A stretch of 64,000 bases of DNA, taken from contig OX597823.1 in NCBI GenBank assembly GCA_951406725.2, forward strand, positions 54,436,001 through 54,500,000, written 5' to 3'. Positions 28,201-42,200 of this stretch are shown here, in pieces. The notes below the pieces were generated by a model. It worked only from the letters and a program-made list of their open reading frames with translations. It did not search any database and was not told the origin of the DNA. The position numbers and the translations under genes are program-made. The first letter of the stretch is position 1. Each line of letters begins with the position of its first letter. Source of the stretch: Octopus vulgaris. Taxonomy: Eukaryota.

Positions 28201-28916
28201 TATTTGATATTCGACTAATTCTGCTTTAACTCACTACAACTTAAATAAAATGCCGCCCCCCCCCCCCCCCCAAAAAACATCAAAAGGCAACAACAAAATT
28301 ATTTAAACATAACTTACGCTCAGATGAACATGGGTCTCCATTTTGATAAGTCAAACTTATCAGATTTCGGTCAATAGAAAACACTGCATCACTGGCGTTC
28401 CCATAGTTAACTTCATGATTGATTGTGTCAGCATAGCAGGCACCTGATGTTTTACAGTTGTTTGAGAGCCCACTCACAGGCCCACATACCCGGAGAAGGA
28501 AATTGCCAGATGGATCAGCAGGAATCTTTAAGAGGAAGAAAACAACAAAAACAAACATAATTGGGTGAAAACTCAAGATTTACAGAAAGCAGGGAACAGG
28601 TGCATCCATGCAATGTTTCCATAGGTACTAATAATATAAAGCTAAATACTGTTAAGTCTTCAGCCCACTGGGTTGGCATTCTGCTCCTCCACCATCATTT
28701 GATTAAAGGAAAAGGAATGAAAAAATTAATTAACATTTCTGAACACTTAAACTCATTATTTGAATGCTTTTGTTTACTGCATTTCATGCCTTCTGTTAAA
28801 TAGGAGATTCAGGCATGACAGTATGCTGAAGAAGCTCACTTTGTAACCATGTGTCTTCCACTATAGCCTCAGGTTGACAAAGTCTTGGCAGACAGAAACT
28901 AGAAGAAGCCTGTTAA

Positions 28917-28949
<33 letters not shown>

Positions 28950-29326
28950 TGTACATGACCTTATCTTGTATGATGTGATGGTTATAAATTAGCATCAGTC
29001 ATACGAGCAATGCTGCTAGTTTCCAATCTTCTACGAAAACATGTCTGACCATGGGGAAATATTACCTTACCTTGAAACAGGTGAGGTTCATGACAGGAAG
29101 ATCATAGAAGAGCTATTTACTCTTTTACTTCTTTCAGTCATTTGACTCTGGCCATGCTGGAGCACCGCCTTTAGTCAAGCAAATCGACCCCAGGACTTAT
29201 TCTTTGGAAGCCTAGTACTTATTCTATCGGTCTCTTTTGCCAAACCGCTAAGTTACGGGGACATGAACACACCAGCATCAATTGTCGAGCGATGTTGGGG
29301 GGACAAACACAGACACACAAACATAT

Positions 29327-29381
<55 letters not shown>

Positions 29382-31355
29382 CATATATACGACGGGCTTC
29401 TTTCAGTTTCCGTCTACCAAATCCACTCACAAGGCTTTGGTCAGCCCAAGGCTATGGTAGAAGACACTTGCCCAAGGTGCCATGCAGTGGGACTGAACCC
29501 GGAACCATGTGGTTCGTAAGCAAGCTACTTACCACACAGCCACTCCTACACCTGAACAAATTCTATGGAAAAGTGGATGTTAAACAATGATTATGATGAC
29601 GCATGCATGCACAGATGTATATTTGTGAAATATATAAGGACATTAGCAAGAAAACTGGTGTTTTTTAACATAAAAATGTTGTATTTGATCTGCCAACATT
29701 GCACAGATGCTCCAATAGCACACTTGCCATCATAAATACTATGAATTAGCAATAGGCTCATTGGAAAACTACAACCAGCAATGCTATTGTTAACAAAATG
29801 ACACTCAATACATTTTGTAAAGTGGTTGATATTAGGAAGGGCATCCAGCTGTAGTGACCAATAGATGATGGAGCCTGGTACAGCTCCCAGCCTTGCCAGC
29901 TCCTGTCAAATCATTCAATCCCTGCCAGCATGGAAAATGGATGTTTAATGATAGATAGATAGATAGAAAAAACGCTTTTAATATTATACCTCACCTTATT
30001 CACACCTGAATTATGCAAAGATGAGAAGTCATATTCAATGAGTGTCCGAGTATCTTTATAAACACAGTGTTTAGGTGCATCAGGGGCAGATTTGTTACAA
30101 ACAAGATTAGTCTCCCAGTTGAAGATGTATGTGCAGCTGTCAATAGCATCCATCAGTACAGGATGGCCCTGAAAAAAGGTTTACAATAGTAATGATAATT
30201 ATTGATAGATGATGATGATACAATGATAACAACAAAAGGGATACAAAATCTATGTTTCACCATAAAAAGCAAAGACACAAATTGAGCTCAGGCTTGTCTC
30301 TTTCACTTATCAAAATAATTAGAATAACGTTAGTCATTGATTAATATTATTTTTACCCCCACCACCCAATTATTTCTAGCCAGCTTTTCAATGTCCATTT
30401 CATTTAATACCTAAAAAACATTTTTTTTTTTTTAATGTAGATAACATTTTGAATTATTCATCTTCTAATTCTTCCAAATCTTTCTGCTGAAATTATTTTG
30501 AAACCATAGGTGGGGAAACCAAACCCTGAAGTATTGGGACCTGGCAGTGAAGTATCTCTTCCAATCCCTGGTGTTTGAGACATTCAGAAGGACTGGGCCA
30601 CTAACCGTGAAGTTCTTATCATTGACAGCTCACCTCACTGAGGAATCAGGTGATGCCCATGATGGTGCTTTGCTTTTCCAATGCCTTAGCCTCGCCACTG
30701 CCCATAGTAATGCTGCAAGTGTGCTGGCTTGCTTCACTAGCTTCCATTGAACCTTGCAATGTGTGGCCAATCAAAGCATTTGGAGTTGTATTGTTGGCTT
30801 TTTTTCTTCTTCTCCACAAATGGTTTCAAAACAGTTTTGGCAGAAAGATTTGGAAGAATTAGAAGAAAGTTCTCCATTATAATAAATAATTACCTATTTG
30901 GTTATAATACAGTTCTTAACCCTTTGTCTGTCTTCTGTATTACATGTGATACACAAGACACACTTCCCTGGTGAGCATGCATCATATACAATACACATTC
31001 CCAACATTTTTTATTCACCAGAGTAACTTGAGACTTTAGTTAGCCCTTGTTTCATATGCTCTGAGTAATAATATAAAGCTTTTCTTTCTTCAGACCCAAA
31101 TATAAAAGAAAGCTTTATATTACTTAGTATGAAACACAGGCTAACTAAAAGACTGGAAACAAGCATAGACGCTTAGGACAAACATTTGAAAATACTTTGG
31201 ACAGGCACGGCTGTGTGTTGAGAAGCTTCCTTCCTAATCACATGGTTCCGGGTTCAGTCCCACTGCCTAGCACCTTGGGCAAATACCTTCTACTATAGTT
31301 TCAGGCTGACCAAAGCCTTGTGAGCGAATTTGGTAGATGGAAACTGAAAGTCTGT

Positions 31356-31398
<43 letters not shown>

Positions 31399-32871
31399 CT
31401 TCATCATCATCATCGTTTAACGTCTGTTTTCCATGCTGGCATGGGTTGGATGGTTTGAATGAGGTCTGGAAAACCAGCGGCTGCACCAAGCTCCAATGTG
31501 ATCTGGCAATGTTTCTACAGCTGGATGCCCTTCCTAATGCCAACCACTCCGAGTGTGTAGTGGGTGCTTTTTATGTGCCACTGGAATGGGAGCCAGCCAG
31601 GAGGCCCTGGCAGCATTCACATTTGGATAGTGCTTTTTATGTGCCACTGGCAAGGGAGCTACCGGCAAAGGGCACTGGCATTGACCACGTTCAGATGGTG
31701 CTTTTTACATGCCAGCAACACAGGAGTCAGTCTGGCAGACCTGGCATCAACCATGTTCAGATAGTGGTTATTACATGCCACTGGCATGGGAGCCAGTCAG
31801 GAGGCATTGATATTGATCACTTTCAGATGGTGCCTTTTGCAGAATCCAGCCAGGCAGCACTGGCCACAGCTGCGATATTGATTTTATTTGACTCAACAGG
31901 TCTCTCAAGCATGTCATATCACCTGATTCATCAAGGGTATTTTTAAATGGGCCGGATATGCAACACTGGCATCGGCCATAGCTGCAATTTCACTTTACTT
32001 GCCGGATCTTCTTAATCACAGCATATCTCTAAAGGCCTTGGCCTCCTGTCATTGCCTCCATGAGGCCAAACATTCATAAGTCATGCTTCACTACCTCATC
32101 CCATGTCTTCCTGGGTCTACCTCTTCCACAGGTTCCTTCCAGAGTTAGGGTGTGGCACTTCCTCACATAGCTGTTCTCATCCATATGTAACACATGACCA
32201 TACAGTCGTCTCTTGCACACTGCATTTGATGCTCTCTATGTCCAACATTTCTCTGTCGTGTATGCTCATTGACATTACACATCCAGCAGATCATACTAGC
32301 TTCATTTCTTTCAAGCCTGCACATGTCCTCAGCAGTCATGGCCCGTATTTCACTGCCGTGTAGCATGGCAGTTCGCACACACGCATCATACAGTCTACCT
32401 TTCATCCTGAGCGAGAGGCCCTTAGTTGCCAGCAGATGTAAGAGCTCCCTGAACTTTGCCTAGGTTATACATATTTTAACTGCTACACTCTCAGAGCATC
32501 CACCCATACTACAGACTTGGCTGCCTAGGTAACGGAAACTATCAACTACTACTAGTCTTGTCCCCTGGCATGTGATGGAATCTGTTTTCTGAACATCTTC
32601 AGTGCTTATTACCCCTGTGCATCTGCCACACACAAAAACTATCCTCCCAGTTAACTTTCCTTTGATATTGCTGTACCTTTTATGTGTCCCTAGTTTAAAC
32701 CAGGTACATCTTATAGATTTTCTACCCACACCTTTTCCACACATCAAGCAGGGCCACCTACCTAAAAGAATTTGTGATTTGCCAGCCTTCCTACTTACTA
32801 AGACTTTGGTTTTTGCTAGGTAACCCTAAGGCCCTTCAATTCTAGACCTTCCTTCCACACTTTAAACCTTG

Positions 32872-32906
<35 letters not shown>

Positions 32907-34947
32907 CCAAATTTTATAGTATTAAGTATCCATCATGGCTGGTCTTACCAATCGGTTTCAAGCAAAAATACAATGGAGTGTTGGGTAACAATCTAATTAT
33001 AATTACGCTCATTTGTATTTTTGCATGAAACCGATTGGTAAGACCAGCCATGATGGATACTTAATACTATAAAATTCAGATAATGTATACCCACTCTACT
33101 AACAGTTATACGAGTGCATTTTCTCTTTGACTTATGGTCTCTTAGACAACTCATGAATGTTATCTGAATATATATTCACACACACACACACACACACACA
33201 TACATACACACACACATTCAGATAAGAGAAGAAGTGGAGCAACAATTAACAATTAGAAGCTGATCATTGGTATTGAATAGTCATAGTTTAATTATAGTTA
33301 AAAGAATATAATTTACAGCTGTTTCAGTTTGTTATTTTTGAGGTAAACTTGCATTTATCAGAATTTTTTCCTTTTCCTTTCCTTCTGTCAATATTCCTCT
33401 GATAAAGTTCAAATCATTCTGATGATGTTTGTTACATGGAATGAAATAAATTCAAGTTTACCTCAAAAATAACAAACTGAAACAGCTGTAAATGTTATCT
33501 TAACGATAATTAAACTATGACCATTCAATACCAATGATCAACTAATTGTTAATTGTTGCTCCATTTCTTCTATTATCTGAATATATTAAGCCACGGTTTA
33601 CCATTTAAATTACCAACTGCTGTTAACCTAATAACAAGGCCTATACATAGTTAGGTAAAACACCAGTAGTGCCTACAGATACATTTATCCCTTAGATGGT
33701 TGCATAAACTCTAACTCATAATTTTTTTATATATATATATATATATATATCATCATCATCATCGTTTAACATCTGCCTTCTGTGTATGGGTTGGACAGTT
33801 TGAAAGAAGCTGGCCAGGAAGGAACCTGCAGACTTTTGAATAAGTACCAGGCTTCAAAAACATCAGTCCTGGGATCGATTTGTTCAACTAAAGCCCTTCA
33901 AAGCAGTGACCCAGTGTGGTTGTAGTCAAATGACTGAAACAGGTAAAAGATAAACAACAAAAAAATATGAGGCAAAGGGTCAATATTGAACTAGAAAAAA
34001 AAAAACAGTTACTCAAAATTAAAACATTTTTCTTTCATAGAAATCAAAAAGGCAGACAAAAAAAAAAGCATAAGTGAAAATGACTTACTAAAGATGGACC
34101 AACTTTGCATCTAAACTTGATGATTGTACTTCGGTTTTGCTTAGAGTTGGGACAAGGTGCACCATTTTTGTAATGAATAGTCACAGCTTGATCATTTGGA
34201 TCAATGTATGGACCATCAGAAACTGAACCAAGACTCTAATGAAAGGAAAAGGAAAACAAACATAAAATTTACATAGTTTATAGAGGTATAATAGAAAGCT
34301 AAGATAAATGAAAGGTACAAGGAGCATTGCAGAAGTTTTCAGACTTTTTCAGGATAGACTTGATAATTTCAAAGAAGTAAAAAAAAACTGTAAGATCATT
34401 CAAAGTAGGATCCTTTGACTTCAATGCACTTGAAGTGTTCCAGCCACTTTCTGAAGGGCCATATGGAAGTCCTTCAAATTGAAGGTGTCCAGTACCTTTA
34501 TCACAGCCTCTTTCATCTTCAAAACAAATGCCCCTGAGGTTCTCCTTCATCTCAGGGACAACCTAAAGTCACAGGGAGCAAGGTTTGAACTGCAGGGAGG
34601 GTGAGGGATAGTTTTGATACTCTGTCAAGTACTTGGTTACCAGGGTGCTTGTCACTGAGCACCAGAAGAATGAATTTTGTACAAACTTTGTGTATGTTCA
34701 GATCTTCATGAAAAATTCTATGTAAAGTTGCCATGCAAACTGTACATGTATCATTTTCATAGATACATAGATATGTAGGCGTAGGAGTGGCTGTGTAGTA
34801 AGTAGCTTGTTTACCAACCACATGATTCCGGGTTCAGTCCCACTGCGTGGCACCTTGCGCAAGTGTCTTCTACTATAGCCTCGGGCCGACCAAAGCCTTG
34901 TGAGTGGACTTGGTAGATGAAAACTGAAAGAAGTCTGTCGTATATAT

Positions 34948-34983
<36 letters not shown>

Positions 34984-37900
34984 ATATGTTTGTGTGTCTG
35001 TGTTTGTCCCCCCAACATCGCTTGACAATCGATGCTGGTGTGTTTACGTCCCCATTACTTAGCGATTCGGTAAAAGAAATGGATAGAATAACTACTAAGC
35101 TTACAAAGAATAAATCCTTGAACCTCTTATGAAATAAAAAGTTAATCCATAAGCAGTTTGGGGGTGTTTGTTAAGTTTCTGTAGTGTTTTTACCCAATTC
35201 ATCATGAACCTCTATTGTATATTCTTTTGTTTCAGTCATTTGACCGTGGCCATGCTGGAGCACTGCCTTTAGTCAAACAAAGTGAACCCAGGACTTATTC
35301 TTGGTAAGCCTAGTACTTATTCTATCAGTCGCTTTTGCCAAACCGCTATGTTACAGGGATGTGAACATACAAACATTGGTTGTCAAGTAATGGTGTGGGT
35401 ACAAACACAAACACACATACATGACAAGCTTCTTCCAGTTTCTGTCTACCAAATCCACTCACAAGGCTTTGGTTGGCCCAAGGCTATAGTAAAAGACACT
35501 TGCCCGAGGTGCCACGCAGTGGGACTGAACCTGAAACTATGTGCTTGGTAAGCAAGTTACTTACCCCACACAGCCACTCCTGCGCCTATATAGCAACCTT
35601 CCAAATATACTGACTGCATTCTGCAAACTAGTCAGCTGTGACAAGCAGTGTTAAGTAGGGTGTGTTCAAAGTGCTGTTATGGCCATATCAAAAGTTGGCC
35701 AATCAGCTTATAAGATGTAAAGTAATTATATACTGATGTTGATCCAGTCAACTAAAAAAATTCTTCAAGGCATACCCAAGCTTGGTGGTAGTCAAATGAC
35801 AAATGAGTAAAAGATAAAGGAACAGTTATAACAGTCTCTATCCAAAAGTCTCAAAACTTCTAGAATGCACCATGTTGTTAAATAGGAGTTCAATCATTAT
35901 ACTTAGACACTAAATATCTATTTGGAGATGTTTTGCACTTATGTAATTGCATTCGCTGCCTCAAGCGCCAATTTTGGCTGCTTGGTTAAAAAGCTCACTT
36001 TTCATCCATATGGTTTCAAGATAGTTGTCTCATATCAAGTAATGACTTTATATTCTCAAGCAAATTTCCAAGATTTTACCCATCACGTGTGAAGGCGCAT
36101 GGCTCATTGGTTAGAACTTTGGCTCAAAATCATCATGAGGTAGTGAATTTGATTCCTGGACCAGGCTGTGTGTTGTATTCTTGAGCAAGACACTTTATTT
36201 CACGTTGCTCCAGTTAACTCAGCTATGGAAATGAGTTGCAATATCACTGGTGCCACGCTATATCAGCCTTTACCCTTCCCTTGGATAACATCAGTGGCAT
36301 AGAAAGGTGAGGCTGGTATGCATGGGTGACTGCTGGTCTCCCATAAACAACCTTGCTCTGACTTCTCCCTTGGAGGGTAACTATCTAGGCACAATTCCAT
36401 GGTCATTCAAGACTGAAGGGGGTCTTTACTCTTTACCCATCATACTTGTACAACTTTTTTTTGTCTTTCTTGAAGTTTACTTACCAGGGATAACCACAAG
36501 TGAAGCAAATAAACAGTCTTTGGAGCAGGCAACAATATTTCTAGTCTTGAAGTAGATTAAAATTTTTTTTCCTCTCCTACAATGATCTGAAGCTTACCAA
36601 TAACAACTATGTTGCATACTCTTTGCTTAGGTTTCATCTCCATTCACTATCTGTTCAATGATTTTTATTAATTATTTGAAAGTAATCATTACAGGTATGA
36701 TTTTAATTAAGTGAAAATTGTTTTGATTCACTCTATAGAGTATACTATCCACAGCTTGATTGTGTGTCTTCCTATAGAAGGCAGCCTTTGAGAAATTTTT
36801 CTTTGAAAAACAGCTTGTAGTCCATTCTTCCTTAAGAACATACAACAGTCATTTTTCCTGTAAAAGTTCTGACTTTCATGATTCCTGCCTTCAGAAGCAC
36901 AAACCAAAGTATGTTAACTTCAACTTGGCTGTGGGTGTCACTGCAGAGGGTGTCCCTGGAAAATTTACTATAAACCATGACATCTTGTTAAAAATAACAC
37001 CTAAGCACTTTTAAACAACATTTTGATGAAGAAAAAAAAAAAACATTTAATATAGTTCAGGGTACATTATCAGAAAACAAAGTTGGGATAGTCAGAGCTG
37101 GAGTGTTGCTCATCATGGGCCGATTTGATCAGGATGACATAGAACATAACAAAATCAATATACTTACCACACCATTTTCATCAACATGGGTCTCACAAAC
37201 AGAAGCAAGAGGGGGACAGATAGACCCATAGATGGGATTTAAGGGTCGGCAAATATTTATGTAGTATGAAGCACCAGGATCTTCCGACGGTGCCATGCCT
37301 TCAGCAACATGATGTCCGGACATCTGTACCAGTGGAGATAAATCAAACATCTGGCCACCTTTTATCACTGTACAACGAACCTACACCAAAGAGAGAAAGA
37401 ACATCAAAACTGGACTTCAAAAACAAAAAATAATAATATATAAACAAATAAATACATAAATTGGTGCCATATAAAAGGCACTCATGCTTGTGTCACTTAG
37501 CAAGCACCCGTACATATGCTGGTGTCATGTAGAAAACAACCATGCTGGTGCCACACATAAGGCACCCATGTAGGTGTCACATAAAAAACACTGGTGCTGG
37601 CACCATGTAGAAAGCACCCAGTATACTCTGTAAAGTGGTTGACATAGAAACCATACCAGAACAGACAATTAGAGCCTGGTGAAGCTCACTGGTCTGTCAG
37701 TTACAGTCTAATCGTTCAACCCATGGAAACAGATGTTAAATGATGACAATAATGGTAAGTGTAGGCAAAGGCATAGCATCGTGGGTAACAAGTTTGTTTC
37801 ACCATTACATGGTTTTGGGTTCAGTACCACCATATCGTGGGCCTATGTCTGCTGCTATAACCTTGGGCCAACCAATGCATTATGGGTGAAATTAGTGGAT

Positions 37901-39213
37901 TGAAACTATGGTTTGACAAAGAGATTAATAAAATAAGTTCCCGAGTTAAGAAATAAATACTATAGGTACAGGCATGGCTATTTGGTTAAACTTGCATCCT
38001 AACCATGTGGTCTCAGGTTCAATCCCACTGTCACACTATGGGCAAGTGTCGACTATAACTTTTGGTTGACTACAACCTTGTGAGAGGATCTGATAGGGGG
38101 AAACTGGAAGCAACCCATTGTATATATATATATGTGAGTGTGTGCAATTTTGTTTTGATGTAATGTTATGGTTGTAAATGAGCATCACTGCCATACAGGT
38201 GGTGATGTTCGTTTTCAGTCATCTTCATCATTTAACGTCTGCTTTCCATGCTGGCATAGGTTAGATGGTTTGACTGAAACTGGCAAGTTGGAGAGCTGCA
38301 CCAAGTTCCAGTCTAGTTTACCATGGTCTTTACATCTGGATGCCCTTCCTCACACCAACCACTCCAAGAGTGTAATGGGAGCTTTTAACATGCCACTGGG
38401 ATAAGTGCTTTCAAGTGCCACTGGTACAGGTATCACTTATGTGGTACTGGTATCGGCCATGACTATGGTTTCACTTGGATTGATGAGTCTTCTCAAGCAC
38501 AGCATATCTTCTGTAAGAAACATATCTGGCCATGGGGAAATATTACTTTGCTTGGTAACAGATGAGGGCTAGCAACAGGAAGAGTATCTAGCCATAGGAA
38601 ATCTACCTTATCAAATTTCGTCTGGCTCATGTAAGCATGGAAAAAGGAGACACTAAATGATGATGTAGTTGATCAACTAAAATCCTTAAAAGTGATGCCT
38701 CACCAGGAGCTGTATTCTCTCCATAAAAACCCAAGCCAAACTATACTTTGCTCTGGGTGAGTTGGCATGTATCATGACGATCCAATAATAATGAGATGAA
38801 ACTGAAGGTACATCTTGAGTACTGGATTTGCAAACTTCCTAATCAATGGTCCATAAATATTTCCTTTCTGTATTTTTCTAACCTCATTGGTGTCCAGATG
38901 GCAGCTGATTTCCACAACAGTGTAAATTTTCTTCTTGTGGTCCTACATAACAATATCTGGCTGACTGTTTTAACAGGCCTGGTTATTAAGTATTATTGCA
39001 AAAAAAAAAAAAAAAAAAAGGATTGGGTGCAGGTATGGCTGTGTGGTAAGTAGCCTGCATCCCGATTATATAGTCCTGGGTTCAGTCCCACTGCATGGTA
39101 CCTTGGGCAAGTGTCTTCTATTATAGCCTTGGGCTGACCAAAGTCTTGAGAGTGGATTTGGTAGACAGAAACTGAAAGAAGCCCGTTGTGCGTGTGTGAG
39201 TGTGTGTGTGTAT

Positions 39214-39266
<53 letters not shown>

Positions 39267-42200
39267 CATACATACATACATACATACGTATGCATTTATG
39301 AGCGTGTCTTTGTGTTTGTCCCCACCACCATCGCTTGACAACCGATGTTGGTGTGCCTATGCCCCTGTAACTTAACAGTTCAGCAAAAGAGTCCAATAGA
39401 AAAAGTACTAGGTTTACAAAGAGTAAGTCCTGGGGTTGATTTCTTTGACTAAATGGTGATGCTCCAGCATGGCTGTAGTCAAATGACTGACACAAATGAA
39501 AGTATGAAAGAAAAATTAATTACCTGTTTTTCACAAACTAAATCTGTATGCCAGGAAAAATAGTAAGTGCAATTTTTAGATTCAGCTAGATACACAGGAG
39601 CACCTATTCCTTTTGAGGGGTTGCACACAAAGTTGATGATTGTGTTTCGTTCAAACTTGCCTCCATGACATTTATCACCACCAGAATAGTTCAGGAAAAT
39701 GACGCCTTCTTTGAATTGAAGGTTGCTGTTAGCTTTTCCACAATTAAAAGATTTATTGGTGTTCGTGTTGGTCTGGCAGGAGCCTTCATTAAGGAGAAAA
39801 AAAGGGAGAAGAATGTAAGAGAATATAAAATTTAACAATACACTTTCTGTGGTTCAAGTAAAGGCACCATCACTGATTGTATGTTAAGAGGAGGAAAATT
39901 AACCCAAATATGGCAAAAAAAAAAAATAAATAAAATAAAGAAATCAAACTTACTGGATTCTTTTGAACATTGGCTATTTGCCACTGCACCACAAATGTTA
40001 AGTTGGAATGAATGTTCTTTTTGATCACTTATGGTGTATCCCTTAGATTTCTTCAGTTGAGACAGGTCAAAGGAAACTCCTAAAATAAACAAACAAATGT
40101 GAATAAATGAAATAACAACAGGTCTGAAAACAATGATTAAAAAAACTGAAGCAACCAAATCTGTTCTAACAAGCAGCATTGATATGATTGGAATTCCGTG
40201 AAACTGGTGAGGAACATCCACTCATTAATAGATGATGATATAGGATGAATTTTATCAGAGATAGTCTGTTGCACACCAGCCATATCTCTCTCTCATATGT
40301 ACACACACATACCAGATTCTGGATTTAGTAGCATGGCAAATAGAAACTGCTCAAAAGTTTAGCTCCAGATTAATGCAACCAGTTGATTAATTAAGCACAT
40401 TTAAGCAATGACTATCCCCTTTTCCATTGTACAGATATAGTACCTAGGTGGTTTTATTGTTTTTTTTTTATGCTAGTAAGTTATGGGTTGAGGTGGATTT
40501 GGTTGGTACTTTCAACAGATCAAATCTCTACATTCACATGAAGATTTTAATACTGCAATCTGGTAAACAACTTGTTGAATTTTAGATTGTTGCCATTGTT
40601 TAAAACACCAGACACTTGAAGACAATGTGCAAGACTCTAGATAGAAGTGCCAATTATCCCTCAAAATACTCAACCATCTTTACAAAACCAAAAATGAAAA
40701 GAGAGAGAGAACAAACTTTTTTATTATGGCTTAGCCATCTTTTTTCTCAGAAACAAGGCAAAGTTGAAACTGACTCAGTATCGAACAGACCAATGTCTCT
40801 TTTCAGTTCAATTGCAAGGTTTTTTAAATAGTGTTTTCTATCCTCAATCAATGCCCATCTAGTTCCCACAAAACTGCCAGCATAGATTCAGGTCTGAGCA
40901 CTACAGCTTCACCACTTTTGTTCCTCTCAATATTCATTACAGCTGGATTTAACCAGAACCACCAATCACCAGTCAGTTACTATGGGATTAAAGTTAATGA
41001 AAGCTTTTGATATGATTACCAGTCACAGTTTGTTGGAAGATCTTCAAAATAGCACTCTTTCACAAGGTATTATAAGATGATCAGCAATGTATTCAAAAAG
41101 TAGATTAGCAGAAACTAAACCCCAAAACAGAAATCTAAAAGTAGAATTGGGAGACATAGAATTCCCCTGGGAAGCAGTATATCTCACCCACTTTTTAATT
41201 TTTATGGCTCCAAAGTAGTGATAAATAGCAATGAGCAGCTCAAACTCACAAATTATGCAAACAATTTCAGTTTTTGGTTCAGACACTGCTGCTCATTTGG
41301 CCACCACTAAACTCAATAAATACATGCCCAACAAAATTGGTTTTTAAGCAAGCAGAGAAGCAAAACACTCAGCACCTTAACTGGCTGTGACTTTGTTCCT
41401 CCTCAAACTACCCAGTCCCAAATCCAAGTTTCTGGCCATATACTTTTTGTAGAGCAAATACCCAAGCAACAAGAAATTCTTAGCATTCAGAAATGCCTTT
41501 TTATTCACATTGTTTTGAACTGATCACATATTATGTTGTTATCTTTAAGATTTCAATGACATGATTGTTTATTTTTATAATGACAAAGTAGGGTAGGTGT
41601 AAGAGGCTGGATCTGACTGGTGTGAACATAGAACAACTAGAATTTTCAGGCTGGTCGAAATGCTAAAAAGTTAATGGAGTCCACTCTGTTGCAATCATTC
41701 AGGTTAAGTCTCTGGTTTGAAGATACTGTCCTCCCTCCCACACACTTAAAAGCCTTGAGCAAGCGATCTTTAATTTTTACTGCTTTCAGTTATTAGACTA
41801 TGGTTATGCAGGGACACCACCTTGAAGAATTTTTAGTCAAACAAATCAACCCCAATACCTTTTTCTTCTTTTGTTTTTAAGCCAGGTACTTATTCTTTCA
41901 GTCTCTTTCATTAAACCACTAAGTTAGAGACGTAAATACACCAACACTGGTTGTCAAACTGTTGCAGGGGACACACAAAGTCACAACACATACACACGCG
42001 CACACACTTGATGGACTTCTTCCAGTTTCTGTCTATGAAATCCACTCACGAGGCTTTGGCCAGCTTGAGGTTATAGTGGAAGACACTTACCCAAAGTGCC
42101 ATGCAGTGGGACTGCATCTGAAACCATGTGGTTGGGAAGTAAGTTTCTTACCACAGAGTCATGCATGTAAAATAAAGCTAAAAATATAAACTAAACATAA

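Noticed and set aside
34777-34850. tRNA genes
   Set aside because: The A/B-box sequences are SINE heads continuing into core and tail; no complete cloverleaf was found.
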